DNA from: a virus
Lineage: Duplodnaviria > Heunggongvirae > Uroviricota > Caudoviricetes
Direction: 5' to 3' (one strand)
IMG/VR virus record: IMGVR_UViG_3300025859_000003
Length of the DNA stretch: 64,000 nt
Below are positions 1 through 9,593 of the stretch, one piece after another (position 1 is the first letter of the stretch; each line of letters begins with the position of its first letter). Position numbers and translations under genes: made by a program. The notes under the pieces were generated by a model that was not told the DNA's origin, searched no databases, and worked only from the letters and a program-made list of their open reading frames with translations.

Positions 1-2
1 CG

Positions 3-2867
3 TCCAGGAATTACCTTCCGCCTAAAATCGAAGAGTACCTGAAGACCGCTGAGCCTATCGAGGGCGGTCGGATCATCCTTGTCCACGGCCTGGGTTCCGA
101 CGAAGTCTGGGGAATCAACAACAACGGCGACAGCTTCCCTGAACACATGATCAACGACGATGGCGTCAAGGAAGCCACGTTGATCAATTCGGACCCCAAC
201 AACGATTGGGGCTACATCACCTTCGAAAAATACGCCCACTCGTTTGCGGATCACGTCAACAACCACCCGAACAACACGATCGGCGGTAAGGTTATCCTTG
301 CTGACTGGAACCCGGAGATGCACCGGGTCGAAATCGTGATGCCGATCAACCCGAAGATGGCCAAGACCGCTGCAGCTCGTCATAAGGCCGAAGAAGCCAT
401 CCAGCGCATTGACCGCGGCGAGCCGGTGGATGTCAGCATGGGCTGTTTCATCGCGGGCACTCTTATCACGATGGCTGATGGGTCTCGTAAGCCGATTGAA
501 GAGATTCAGGTCGGTGACTGCGTGATGACCCATAAGGGTCGGTCTCGCAAGGTCACCGAGCTACACAAGCGCCCGTACGACGGTGTATTCTTCTTGATGC
601 GTCCAGAGGCGCACGAGCCTTTTGTCTGCACCCAGGAACATCCGTTGCTGGTGGTGGACCGCGATGATGTGAAGAAAGGCAAGTCTGGTGGCCTTCGTTG
701 GGTTAGCCAGGAAGAGGCCGCACGTATCGAGCCTAAATGGATTCACGCAGAGTGTTTTGACCCAGAGCAGCACTACTTGCTTGAGCCGGTCCTTCAGGAT
801 GTTTTGACCCCTGAATATGCCACTCGTGAGTTTGCTCGTCTTCTCGGCTACTACGTTGCCGAAGGCCATGTTCTCCGCAACAAGAGTAAGGAAATCTGTG
901 GAGTAGAGTTCACCGTGAACAGGTCGGACACATTCTTGACCGAGATCGGGGAGCTTGCAGAGAAATACGGTACGAAAAATCCGCCTGTAATGCGCCAAAG
1001 GGACAACTGCGACGATGCGGTGTCTGTTCAGATTTTCGACGCGGAATTGGCGAATCGGCTGTATTCACACGGTGGTTCGTACGCCAAACATAAAAAGTTG
1101 TCTGAATCGTTCATGCAGTGGCACCCGGACATTCAGCGCGAGTTTGTCGGCGCATGGGCGGAAGGCGACGGACACGGGTTGGATTCTGGGGCCCTGAGTA
1201 TTTCCACTGGATCCGATGCCTTGGCCTGGCAGTTGATGACTGTCTTGGCCCGGATGGGTGCGTGTGCTTCGATCAACTGCCTTACCCACAAGGCCGGGTC
1301 TGGTTTCTCAAAGAAGACCACGTACGAATGGGTAATCCACATCGGAAAGCAGTGGGCACAAAATCTTCACGATGTGTGCTTGAAAGTCAAAGACTCGCCT
1401 ATCCTTCTGGCGAAGAATAACCGTATGCACACAGGTAAGTTCATCGTCACTCCTGTGCGTGAGATGGAAGCCAGCCGTAATTCCGTCGATGTTTACAACT
1501 TCGAGGTTGAAGAAGACGAGTCCTACGTAGCCGCTGGCGTTGCGGTTCATAATTGCAAGGTCGCTTTTGATGTCTGCAAGATCTGCAAGAACAAGGCCAA
1601 GAACCGCTCGGAATACTGTGACCACGCCAAGTACGCCATGGGCCAGGTCATGTCCGACGGTCGTCGGGTCGGAGTAGACAACCCCAGGCCGAAGTTCTTC
1701 GACATCTCCTACGTGAAGAGAGGCGCCGACAGGGCTGCTAAACTCCTCATGAAGGTGGCCAGCACCACTACGGTAGTGCGGGTGCCTGACTGGCCCGACC
1801 GCCACAAGAAGGCCAGTAAGGGTGCAGAAGACAAACACAGCGCCATCAAGAAGCAGATACCTGGCGAAGCGGTAGACCCGATCAATGCTCTGGCTGAAAG
1901 AGCCGAAGTCGACGTTTTGAAGAGCACGGTCCCCTTCGACATGTCTACATCAGAGGCACTGCCGCCCAAGGTGGCCAGGCTTTTCAACGTCTACCCCGCA
2001 GCCGACGTGTTGTCGACGTTGACCGCGGTGGGCGTCATTCTTCTGCCTCACGAACTTCCAGAGAAGGTTGCAAGTGAGCGGTTCTACGCCAAGGAGCCGA
2101 ACACCAACATTCTCGATGACATCGATATTCACGACCTGATGGTAAAAAGGTCGATGTACACCCCGTTCCTGGTTATGCGCTTGATGAGAAAGGGCGCATC
2201 ATCGGGGTTCGGGAAGAAGGTCGCATCCGATATGGCTGCAGACTCTGCAGCCATGAAACGGTACGAAAGGTACGTGAACTTCTTGAAGACATCCTTCCAG
2301 ACCTCCTCGCAGGTCGAAGGGTGGAACAAGATGGTTACCGCAAGCCACCGTATCGTGGAAACCCTGGCCTCCGAGTCCGACAAGGTTCTCGGGCTTTGGA
2401 AGGACGCAGGTTTTCCTGACCTGGATGACGACACGAAGGCGCTGCTGGGGACCGAGTGGTCTCGGGCATCGTCTCTAGTCAAGGCAGCCCTGCAGCAGGG
2501 TTGGTCAGACCTCGGAACCAAGATCAAGGATGTTGGTCAGCAGGTCTGGTCAGGCGTCAAGGGTGATGTAGCCAATCTCGCCGGCAAAGCCAAAGGACTG
2601 GGTGCTAAAGCCCTGTCGGCGGCCAAGCCGGTGGCTGATGTTGGCGCACACGCTCTGGGTGTCGGAGGAGGACCCTATCCTGCATCTGCTTTGTTGGCGT
2701 ACGGTGGTGCTCCTCTCGTCATGAGTTCGTTCTTTGCGGACAAGATGAGGAGAGGTGAAGATCCCGGAGCCGTCGGCCAGTTTGTGGCCAAGCACCCCTT
2801 GCTTTCCTCAGGGGCGTCAATTCTGGGGTCGTTATGGTTACACAGGATGGCGAACAGGTATCGCTAA
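3..2867 (+). CDS. Prohead (capsid maturation) protease-like protein with intein; 5' end lies outside the window
   Basis: Frame is open from position 3 (...LVHGLGSDEVWGINNNGDSFP...). GxNxNGDxF, HxNN, VSMG|C and CxxC..C-H motifs resemble large-phage prohead proteases. Lies upstream of scaffold and capsid genes. Confidence 0.7.
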   Translation, partial: SRNYLPPKIEEYLKTAEPIEGGRIILVHGLGSDEVWGINNNGDSFPEHMINDDGVKEATLINSDPNNDWGYITFEKYAHSFADHVNNHPNNTIGGKVILADWNPEMHRVEIVMPINPKMAKTAAARHKAEEAIQRIDRGEPVDVSMGCFIAGTLITMADGSRKPIEEIQVGDCVMTHKGRSRKVTELHKRPYDGVFFLMRPEAHEPFVCTQEHPLLVVDRDDVKKGKSGGLRWVSQEEAARIEPKWIHAECFDPEQHYLLEPVLQDVLTPEYATREFARLLGYYVAEGHVLRNKSKEICGVEFTVNRSDTFLTEIGELAEKYGTKNPPVMRQRDNCDDAVSVQIFDAELANRLYSHGGSYAKHKKLSESFMQWHPDIQREFVGAWAEGDGHGLDSGALSISTGSDALAWQLMTVLARMGACASINCLTHKAGSGFSKKTTYEWVIHIGKQWAQNLHDVCLKVKDSPILLAKNNRMHTGKFIVTPVREMEASRNSVDVYNFEVEEDESYVAAGVAVHNCKVAFDVCKICKNKAKNRSEYCDHAKYAMGQVMSDGRRVGVDNPRPKFFDISYVKRGADRAAKLLMKVASTTTVVRVPDWPDRHKKASKGAEDKHSAIKKQIPGEAVDPINALAERAEVDVLKSTVPFDMSTSEALPPKVARLFNVYPAADVLSTLTAVGVILLPHELPEKVASERFYAKEPNTNILDDIDIHDLMVKRSMYTPFLVMRLMRKGASSGFGKKVASDMAADSAAMKRYERYVNFLKTSFQTSSQVEGWNKMVTASHRIVETLASESDKVLGLWKDAGFPDLDDDTKALLGTEWSRASSLVKAALQQGWSDLGTKIKDVGQQVWSGVKGDVANLAGKAKGLGAKALSAAKPVADVGAHALGVGGGPYPASALLAYGGAPLVMSSFFADKMRRGEDPGAVGQFVAKHPLLSSGASILGSLWLHRMANRYR
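444..1553 (+). mobile_element. Intein (370 aa) with LAGLIDADG homing endonuclease
   Basis: Starts CFIAGTLITMADGSRKPIEEI, ends VYNFEVEEDESYVAAGVAVHN followed by Cys. LAGLIDADG-like helices LLGYYVAEG and FVGAWAEGDG. Confidence 0.95.
2232..2254. repeat. 23-bp dyad repeat, copy 1 (inside protease CDS, encodes MAADSAAM)
   Basis: ATGGCTGCAGACTCTGCAGCCAT. Confidence 0.9.
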
Positions 2868-2919
2868 ATCCTTCTACACTGATGACGGATAGAAATCCGT
2901 TTGACTTGGGAGAAATAAC

Positions 2920-3402
2920 ATGGATCTGGAAAAGCTGGCTGCGCTTCTGAACGAAGACGTCGATACTCGTGCAGATGAAGCCGCCAAGGCCAAGCCCGCA
3001 ACCGACAAGACCGCTTCGAACGAGGGCGACGAGAACACCGACGAAGAGACCATGAAGGTCGCTTCGGAGCTGTTCGCGATGGGCGACATCATCGCCAGTG
3101 GTTTTGTCAATCACCTCGTCAACCGCGTCAAGGAAGCCAACAACCCGTCCCCGGACGCCGGCGACGGTGATGGTGGTAAGGGCTCTGTGGCCAAGGCCAA
3201 GGGCGATGCCCTGCCGAACAACACGGCGCCGATGCCCGCAGACGAAGAGGACCACAAGCTCAAGGAGCAGGGCCTCAAGAACACCGGGCCGAAGGTGAAC
3301 GAAAAGGGTGACAGCCAGGGTCACGGTATGGGCGAGGGAGGCGGCAAGACCGGCTCCGACAAGGCTCTCCTGGACCGTCTGGCCCGCGCTCTCCGCAAGT
3401 AG
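2920..3402 (+). CDS. Putative scaffold/internal head protein
   Basis: SD GGGAG, charged low-complexity sequence, KLA/KTA/KVA/KEA motifs, between protease and capsid. Confidence 0.55.
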   Translation: MDLEKLAALLNEDVDTRADEAAKAKPATDKTASNEGDENTDEETMKVASELFAMGDIIASGFVNHLVNRVKEANNPSPDAGDGDGGKGSVAKAKGDALPNNTAPMPADEEDHKLKEQGLKNTGPKVNEKGDSQGHGMGEGGGKTGSDKALLDRLARALRK

Positions 3403-3451
3403 CGGATGGCGTTGAACAGGTTGTTGTAACCCAAACATGAAAGGAACGGCC

Positions 3452-3826
3452 ATGGCCGAAGAACTGAGCTTCACCAAGTTGCTCGCCGACTACGGGCGCA
3501 ACAAGGTCGCCGGCCAGGACGAACCGTCGAACGAAGAGACAGACGAGACCGAGGCCAGCACCACGGAAGACTCCAAGGAAGCATCCAAGGAAGCATCCAC
3601 CAAGCTGGCCGGCCTCGACTGGCTCAACCACAACTCGGCGGCTCTCGAAAAGTTCGCCTCGGACATCTCCGAGGTCATGGACAATGACGAGAACCGCGAG
3701 TTGTTCGGTCGTTGCCTGGACGCTGTGACCCTTTTGAAGGTCGGTGGTTATCTCGCCGACGACATGTCGGATACGGCCAAGGATGTTGTTATCCTGGCCA
3801 ATGAACTCTACCGCCGCCTCCCGTAG
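3452..3826 (+). CDS. Putative scaffold/internal head protein
   Basis: SD AAGGA before MAEEL (alternative start 3437). Acidic, with KVA/KEA/KLA/KFA motifs. Confidence 0.55.
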   Translation: MAEELSFTKLLADYGRNKVAGQDEPSNEETDETEASTTEDSKEASKEASTKLAGLDWLNHNSAALEKFASDISEVMDNDENRELFGRCLDAVTLLKVGGYLADDMSDTAKDVVILANELYRRLP

Positions 3827-3856
3827 GTCGGGGCCAACTAAAAAAGGAAAAGACCA

Positions 3857-4360
3857 ATGGGAGATCTTACTCTTACGAAGGTGGCAGCCTCTCTGAACCG
3901 GATGCAGCGGGAACAGGAGAACCGCTACGCCCTTGAACTGTTTTCTTCCTACACCAGGGAAGACCAGGTCAAGATCGCGCAGTGTTTTGAGTTCCTGAAG
4001 CAGTCGGAAGAGGCTACCAAGGTTGCTCACGAGAAGGGTGAGCTGGACGCGGAACACGTCGTTGCTCCGATGACTCCGGCCCGCCGTCTCAAGGTGGCCA
4101 TCGAGCTGGCTCACTTCAACGAGCTGGCCTCGAATGAGGAACTGGCCAAGCAGGCTGAAGAGGCTGCTGCGGCAGGTGCCCTGATGTCCAACCTGTTTGT
4201 CGACTACGTCAAGCAGGCAGAAATGCCCCCGCAGTTCATGGCCATGAAGGAAAAGATGCAGAAGGCCAAGGACGGCGACGGCGACGGCAAGAAGCTGGAA
4301 GGCAAGGGCAAGAAGGAAGACAAGAAGGACGACGAAGACGACAAGGATAAGGAAGACTAA
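3857..4360 (+). CDS. Putative scaffold/internal head protein
   Basis: Helical, charged, with KVA/KIA/KQA motifs; head module. Confidence 0.55.
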   Translation: MGDLTLTKVAASLNRMQREQENRYALELFSSYTREDQVKIAQCFEFLKQSEEATKVAHEKGELDAEHVVAPMTPARRLKVAIELAHFNELASNEELAKQAEEAAAAGALMSNLFVDYVKQAEMPPQFMAMKEKMQKAKDGDGDGKKLEGKGKKEDKKDDEDDKDKED

Positions 4361-4361
4361 C

Positions 4362-4637
4362 GTGTCCGAGTCTTTCGACGATATCCTCATGAATGCCATG
4401 CAAGCCGCTCAGGTGGAGGGGTTGGTTACCCCCTCCACCGAGAGCGGTCGACTTGATGTTCATAAGGAGTCCAGTGAGCCGGAGGAGCCGGATTCACTGG
4501 TACAGGAACATCTTCAGGCGGAGTCCAGTAAAGAGGCCCAGAGCACCCACGTTCGTATGACGAAGGTTGCCCTGCTGGCCTTACTCACCGCAGGCGACAG
4601 TTGCCTGTCCGTTGAGAGAGTCAGGCATGGACGATAA
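4362..4637 (+). CDS. Hypothetical head-module protein
   Basis: GTG start right after the upstream stop; KEA/KVA motifs. Confidence 0.5.
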   Translation: MSESFDDILMNAMQAAQVEGLVTPSTESGRLDVHKESSEPEEPDSLVQEHLQAESSKEAQSTHVRMTKVALLALLTAGDSCLSVERVRHGR

Positions 4638-5049
4638 GCAGGCACATGATCTTCTCAAGGCGGCTACCTTCGCTAAAGAGCAGTTGAAGATAGCGCAGGA
4701 CAAGATTGCCATGCTTGAGGAAAGCTTGAAGAGAGAGCAGGGGGAGAAAGCTGCTGCCACCCTCGCGCTTGAGTTGGTTAGTGAAGGCCGGATCGACCCG
4801 GAGGATGCGCCGGCATTCGCTAAAAAGGCAGCAGAACAGGGAGTCGACTTCGTCAAGCGTGCTTTGGACCTTGACCTGCTTACACCCGAATCTTTCGGGT
4901 CTTTGTTGGAAAAGGACGAGGTAGATGGGGTCAAGGTCGCTGGGGATTCGCCCACAGTGGGTGGGAAAGAAATTTCCAGATTTGACCGGAGCTTTTACGA
5001 GCTCAAGTACACTCTGTATGGAGATGAGCCCCCGTACGATTCCGTATAG
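4627..5049 (+). CDS. Putative scaffold protein (coiled coil)
   Basis: Start re-assigned to MDDKQAH. Coiled-coil pattern, KQA/KIA/KAA/KVA motifs. Confidence 0.55.
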   Translation: MDDKQAHDLLKAATFAKEQLKIAQDKIAMLEESLKREQGEKAAATLALELVSEGRIDPEDAPAFAKKAAEQGVDFVKRALDLDLLTPESFGSLLEKDEVDGVKVAGDSPTVGGKEISRFDRSFYELKYTLYGDEPPYDSV

Positions 5050-5083
5050 GTGCTCTTGAAACACACTTTTTTGGAGGAACCAG

Positions 5084-5722
5084 ATGCCGTTTTTTGACGA
5101 CACGACCGGTCAGGTTCCGACGACTTACCTCGTCGAGGTTGACGCGAAGGCCGAAGCGTGGGAGCGTATTTCGATCCCCCGTGGAAACGTTGTCATTCCC
5201 GAAGGCGCTGTCTTCGTGAGGGACGACCGCCGGCGTGCCGCCGAGCCTGCAGCGGTTGACGGAGTGTCCTTGCTGGACGATCCGTTCATTTACATCAATT
5301 ACGCCAATCCGTTGGCCCCGCAGACGAACGATCGTCAGACGTTCAATGTGGCTGGCCAGGGGATTCGGTACTCGGTGGACCTGGATGGCGGCAACTATGT
5401 CGGCATCATGGGCCCGAGTCTTCGCATCACCATGCCGTATGACGCCCGGTTCTTCGTGACCGCCGACATCGGCCTTTTCGTTCAGGGCGATCCGATCACC
5501 CTGAAGCGCGAAACTGCCGGTGCTGCGGAACGTCCGGGAGCGATCAAGTTCGGTCGCCCGACCGGCGGCGACAACGCCGACGGCCGTGCTACCCTGCTGG
5601 CCGCCCCGACTGCTGGCGCGGCTGCGCAGTCTGCCCTGTCGTTCGCGACTGTGGAGTCCTTCAGCCCGAACAACCAGAAGATCACCTTCATCTTCACCAA
5701 CTCCGGCAAGCGCGTGGTCTAG
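5084..5722 (+). CDS. Putative capsid decoration/cement protein
   Basis: Strong SD GGAGG, beta-rich 212 aa, immediately upstream of the major capsid gene. Confidence 0.5.
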   Translation: MPFFDDTTGQVPTTYLVEVDAKAEAWERISIPRGNVVIPEGAVFVRDDRRRAAEPAAVDGVSLLDDPFIYINYANPLAPQTNDRQTFNVAGQGIRYSVDLDGGNYVGIMGPSLRITMPYDARFFVTADIGLFVQGDPITLKRETAGAAERPGAIKFGRPTGGDNADGRATLLAAPTAGAAAQSALSFATVESFSPNNQKITFIFTNSGKRVV

Positions 5723-5778
5723 TAGGCCACGCTTGTTGGTTGGTAGAAGGTTTAGGGTGCTTCATTTTTTGAAAGGAA

Positions 5779-6909
5779 ATGACGATGAGCTTGGTTACCG
5801 CCGAAGAATTCAATCCCGTATTCTTCGACGCGCTTCGTCACAACGAGTTCACGAAGGCGGGCCAGGTTGTCGGTGATTACATTCAGGAGCGTATCCGTGA
5901 GTCTGGCTTTGCACGGAAGATCCTGGATGTCCAGACCGTCACCGAGAACGACCGCGGCATGCAGGTGGACCCGAACGGCGCCCACGACGGATTCGAGTAC
6001 GTCGTGCCCATCGAACCCAACACGGTGGCACAGCGTGTGGACTTCCGTGGTGAGCCGGAGCGCGTCTGGATTCCGGGCAATCGCTTTGCGATCCGCTTCC
6101 AGAAGATCTCCACGAACGAGTTTGCGAAGCCGGAGGAAGAACTCCTGGCCCACCGCGAGCCTGTTCTGAAGATCATCGAGCAGAACAGCATCAAGGACAT
6201 GCAGGAGCAGGAGGACATCGCCTTCCTCGACCACGTGAAAGCGTGTGCGGGTATGGCCACCCTGCGCCTGAACGAGACCCCGGCAGCCACAGGTGGTTTC
6301 CTGGGTTTCACCACTGGTGCGCAGGTTGATGCCTTCTTCAAGGGTGCTGCCCCTGTGGCGAACCCGAGGACGAGCAGCATCATCCTGAGCCCCAACAACT
6401 ACTTCCGCCGCGATACCATCGCCGACATGGCGAAGATCCTGCTGGCACGCCAGCTGGAACTGAAGGTGTTCCTGATGTCCGCCCAGGACTTCGTGGATAC
6501 CCTTCGTTGGTTCGCGGATGAGGTGGGCCACGAAATCGCCACCAGGATCACGATCGGTGGGTACAAGGAAGCCACAGTCGGTGGCTACACCTTCGTCACC
6601 ACGATCAAGACCAACCGTCGTCTCGTGCAGCCGGGTCACATCTACGGCTTCGCGGACAAGACGGCGCTCGGCAAGTTCCTGATCCTCACGGCTCCGAAGT
6701 TCTGGTTGAACAAGCGGGCGAATCTGATCCAGATGCAGGCGTGGGAAGTTATCGGTGCTGGCATCGGTAACATCAACGGCTGCGCGATCATCCTGCTTGC
6801 CGGTGCAGAACCTCTGGACCTTCCGGTTCCCCCGGAAGTGTTCACCAGCGGTTTCATCCGGATCTATCCGGAAGGCGTTACCCGCACTGCGGTGGCGCCC
6901 GACGAATAA
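5779..6909 (+). CDS. Major capsid protein (HK97-like fold)
   Basis: 376 aa, YIQERIRESGFARKIL N-terminal motif, strongly biased codons, followed by a terminator, typical position after protease and scaffolds. Confidence 0.8.
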   Translation: MTMSLVTAEEFNPVFFDALRHNEFTKAGQVVGDYIQERIRESGFARKILDVQTVTENDRGMQVDPNGAHDGFEYVVPIEPNTVAQRVDFRGEPERVWIPGNRFAIRFQKISTNEFAKPEEELLAHREPVLKIIEQNSIKDMQEQEDIAFLDHVKACAGMATLRLNETPAATGGFLGFTTGAQVDAFFKGAAPVANPRTSSIILSPNNYFRRDTIADMAKILLARQLELKVFLMSAQDFVDTLRWFADEVGHEIATRITIGGYKEATVGGYTFVTTIKTNRRLVQPGHIYGFADKTALGKFLILTAPKFWLNKRANLIQMQAWEVIGAGIGNINGCAIILLAGAEPLDLPVPPEVFTSGFIRIYPEGVTRTAVAPDE

Positions 6910-6934
6910 TCGGGGTGGGAAGCCATACTTTTTT

Positions 6935-6967
6935 ACAAGGACCAGCTTTTGCTGGTCCTTGTTCTTT
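6935..6967 (+). terminator. Intrinsic terminator after the capsid gene
   Basis: ACAAGGACCAGC-TTTT-GCTGGTCCTTGT then TCTTT. Confidence 0.8.
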
Positions 6968-7018
6968 CCGGATAGATATACTACGAGCCTAAACTGGGAG
7001 TAGAGATCAGGAGCCGAT

Positions 7019-7621
7019 ATGACTCGGATGGTTATCATGCCTCGTAAGGTTTACGAGGTGAAAAGCAAGGTAGAGGACCCCATTCGCCTTTACCTGGATA
7101 CCGGAATTCAACGCCACATCAACCCTGGGGATACTGTGATCCTTCTCGGAGAAACGGCTTCCAGGGTAGGCCTGGACCGCGAGATGGTTCGCGATCGTGT
7201 GAGCTTCCGCGAGTTCAACATCGTGATGCCGGAGACCACTGATCCCAAGGTCGCTGAGTCGAAGCTGTTCAAGAATGCCCGCGTTCAGTACGAGGACGTG
7301 ATGAAGCATCTGTTCAGCGGTAACGTGCTGTACCTCGACTCCAACGGCAGTATCTCGGTCAAGCCGCCGGCCGAAGCTCCCAAGGTGGACGACTCAGAGC
7401 AGGTTGAAAAGCTGGAAAAGGCCGTCGCCCAGCCTGACCTCAAGGTCGTTCCGAATCCCCCCGAGGAAGAGGCCGAGGAAGAGCCGGAAATCGACCTCGA
7501 CGAGGGAGATGACGAAGAGAGTGACGAAGCTGTCGACGAAAGTCTTGATACTGAAGGCAGGGAGGACGGGTCCTCTGAGTCGAAGAGCCGCAAGCGTGGG
7601 CGCAAGAAGTCGAAGAAGTAA
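7019..7621 (+). CDS. Hypothetical protein with acidic then basic tail
   Basis: SD AGGAG, 200 aa. Confidence 0.6.
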   Translation: MTRMVIMPRKVYEVKSKVEDPIRLYLDTGIQRHINPGDTVILLGETASRVGLDREMVRDRVSFREFNIVMPETTDPKVAESKLFKNARVQYEDVMKHLFSGNVLYLDSNGSISVKPPAEAPKVDDSEQVEKLEKAVAQPDLKVVPNPPEEEAEEEPEIDLDEGDDEESDEAVDESLDTEGREDGSSESKSRKRGRKKSKK

Positions 7622-7643
7622 TGGCTGCAGAGTCTGCAGCCAT
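7621..7643. repeat. 23-bp dyad repeat, copy 2
   Basis: ATGGCTGCAGAGTCTGCAGCCAT; first A is the last base of the upstream TAA. Confidence 0.9.
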
Positions 7644-7656
7644 ACAGGAGTAGTCC

Positions 7657-8193
7657 GTGCCGTACCCCAATCAAAATCCCAACGTGTTTGACGGTCCGGG
7701 GCAGGACGAATCGTTCTACCCGAAGCCGCCGAAGCATTGGGTGGATGTACTCCGTAACTACCTGAGAGACTTCGCCCCCAAGAACATCCTCAGAAACCAG
7801 GAATTCGAAAGTACTCCTGAACAGCTGGAGATGGCCTGGGGCCTCGCTCTGATGCACTGGAACCAGACTCCACCTACTTTTGGAGATGTGGGATTTATCA
7901 ATCATCCGAAGCGGTTGTTTCTTCTCTACAAAGCCGCGATCGAAGTTGTCCGCTCGGTAACTCTTGAGCTCATGAGGAATGAGCTTGACTACACCGACGG
8001 CGACGAGCGTTACAACATCAACTCTCAGTACCGCGCCATGATTGAATGGGTAAACCGACTCGATGCCGAGTACAAGGAACTCATCACCAAGGCCAAGACT
8101 GAGATCAACAGTTCTGCTGGTTGGGGTGGAAATACGAGCGAGTTCGGGCTTCACTTCCCGCAGCTCAACCGTGCGTCCGCCGGACTTGATTAG
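7657..8193 (+). CDS. Putative head-tail adaptor (neck) protein
   Basis: SD AGGAG + GTG, helical, position after the capsid gene. Confidence 0.5.
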   Translation: MPYPNQNPNVFDGPGQDESFYPKPPKHWVDVLRNYLRDFAPKNILRNQEFESTPEQLEMAWGLALMHWNQTPPTFGDVGFINHPKRLFLLYKAAIEVVRSVTLELMRNELDYTDGDERYNINSQYRAMIEWVNRLDAEYKELITKAKTEINSSAGWGGNTSEFGLHFPQLNRASAGLD

Positions 8194-8195
8194 CC

Positions 8196-9032
8196 ATGGC
8201 CATCGTTTTCGACGAGCTCCGCGTAGATATCATCAATCCGCGTAATGCGGTGGTGTCGTGGGCTATCGAACCGACGAACGAGCCGTTAGGAAACTACCGG
8301 TTCGATGTACTTAGGTCCCAAGACCCAGAGAGTGAATTCGAAACTAAAGCTACTGGTCTCCGGAACCAGTACTACTGGATCGATTCGTCCCCGGACGAGC
8401 TCTCAAAATGGGCGAAGACCTACTACAAGGTCATGGCATACCAGGTCGACTCCTCCGGGTCCCTGGTGCCAGGTACCGAGGTGACGTCTACCCCGATTGC
8501 AGCGGAGGTGGTTCCTGGCGCTCTGGGCCTGTACAAGATCTACGCCAAACAAATTGTCTACCGCCAGACTGGTATCGGGCGAGAGACACTTGTTTTTCGA
8601 CGTCGTGGCTCAGGTCAGCGGTGCCCAGAGTGCTGGGACCCCGTAGAACAAGTCGTCACCAAGCACAGCTGTAGGGTATGCTTCGGGACCGGGTTCCTTC
8701 AAGGCTACTACCCTCCGATCAAGGTCTTGGTGAAGTACAAGCCGTCCGCTCAGGCAAACACAGTTGATACTCAGTTGAAAGAGTTCAACTACATCGAAGG
8801 ACGGATGTCCAACTATCCGCCCGTAAAGCCGAGGGACATCTTATATGAGATTGGCACTGGTCGGTGGTGGTTGGTAAACTCCATCAGGGTTACGGAGGAC
8901 CGAAGGGTTCTGGTTTCCCAGTTCATGGAATTACGCCAGTTAGACCCTCGGAACATCGAACAGGATCTACAGTTACCTATACTGGACTCTGAAGAGACCA
9001 TCGACGCGATGTGGTTGGTCGAGGTTCAATAA
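8196..9032 (+). CDS. Putative neck/head-closure protein with Zn finger
   Basis: N-terminal FN3/Ig-like beta region; RCPECWD...CRVCFGTGFLQGYYPP motif. Confidence 0.5.
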   Translation: MAIVFDELRVDIINPRNAVVSWAIEPTNEPLGNYRFDVLRSQDPESEFETKATGLRNQYYWIDSSPDELSKWAKTYYKVMAYQVDSSGSLVPGTEVTSTPIAAEVVPGALGLYKIYAKQIVYRQTGIGRETLVFRRRGSGQRCPECWDPVEQVVTKHSCRVCFGTGFLQGYYPPIKVLVKYKPSAQANTVDTQLKEFNYIEGRMSNYPPVKPRDILYEIGTGRWWLVNSIRVTEDRRVLVSQFMELRQLDPRNIEQDLQLPILDSEETIDAMWLVEVQ

Positions 9033-9041
9033 GGGAAAAAC

Positions 9042-9563
9042 ATGTCCAACGATGCTGTCAACAAGGCGATGGCTGAAGCCACGCTCAAGCTGAAGGAAGC
9101 GATGCGGGAGAGCTCGGAGAAGACGGCCTCACGCAATGAGTATCTGTCCGAGCACCCTGGCGATGCTTCGCCGGCTGAGCGCCTGGAGCAGATGCTGCGC
9201 CCGCACATCAACACCATCAAGATCGCCAACGACAAGCGGGATGGCATCGAAGAGCCGGTGACGCTGGAGAACAACGAGGAAGGTACCACGGAAGACCTCG
9301 TTGACGACAGCGCCAAGGAGGCTCACGACCGTCCCGACGGTGCTCGCGGTCCGGACACCAACGACAAGCCTGGTGACCACGTCTCCGAGCAGATTGGTCC
9401 CGGAGCTTCCACGGAAGTTGCCCCGTCCATCAAGGCCGCGGAGCTGTGGAATCTCCTGGCGAGCAACCCGTTCGTTCAGGCCGGTTTCGAACACGGACTG
9501 CAGAAGAAGCAGGCGATGATCGCGGACCTGTCCATGAAGATCATGGCTGGTTCTCGCCAGTAG
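9042..9563 (+). CDS. Hypothetical virion/internal protein
   Basis: KTA/KIA/KEA/KAA/KQA motifs, acidic. Confidence 0.5.
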   Translation: MSNDAVNKAMAEATLKLKEAMRESSEKTASRNEYLSEHPGDASPAERLEQMLRPHINTIKIANDKRDGIEEPVTLENNEEGTTEDLVDDSAKEAHDRPDGARGPDTNDKPGDHVSEQIGPGASTEVAPSIKAAELWNLLASNPFVQAGFEHGLQKKQAMIADLSMKIMAGSRQ

Positions 9564-9593
9564 TTCGAGCACCTGAACTAAGAGGGACGACGC

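Noticed and set aside
7621..7643. 23-bp dyads as intrinsic terminators
   Set aside because: 1-nt centre, no U tract, several lie mid-operon or next to a separate genuine terminator, and one is inside a CDS.
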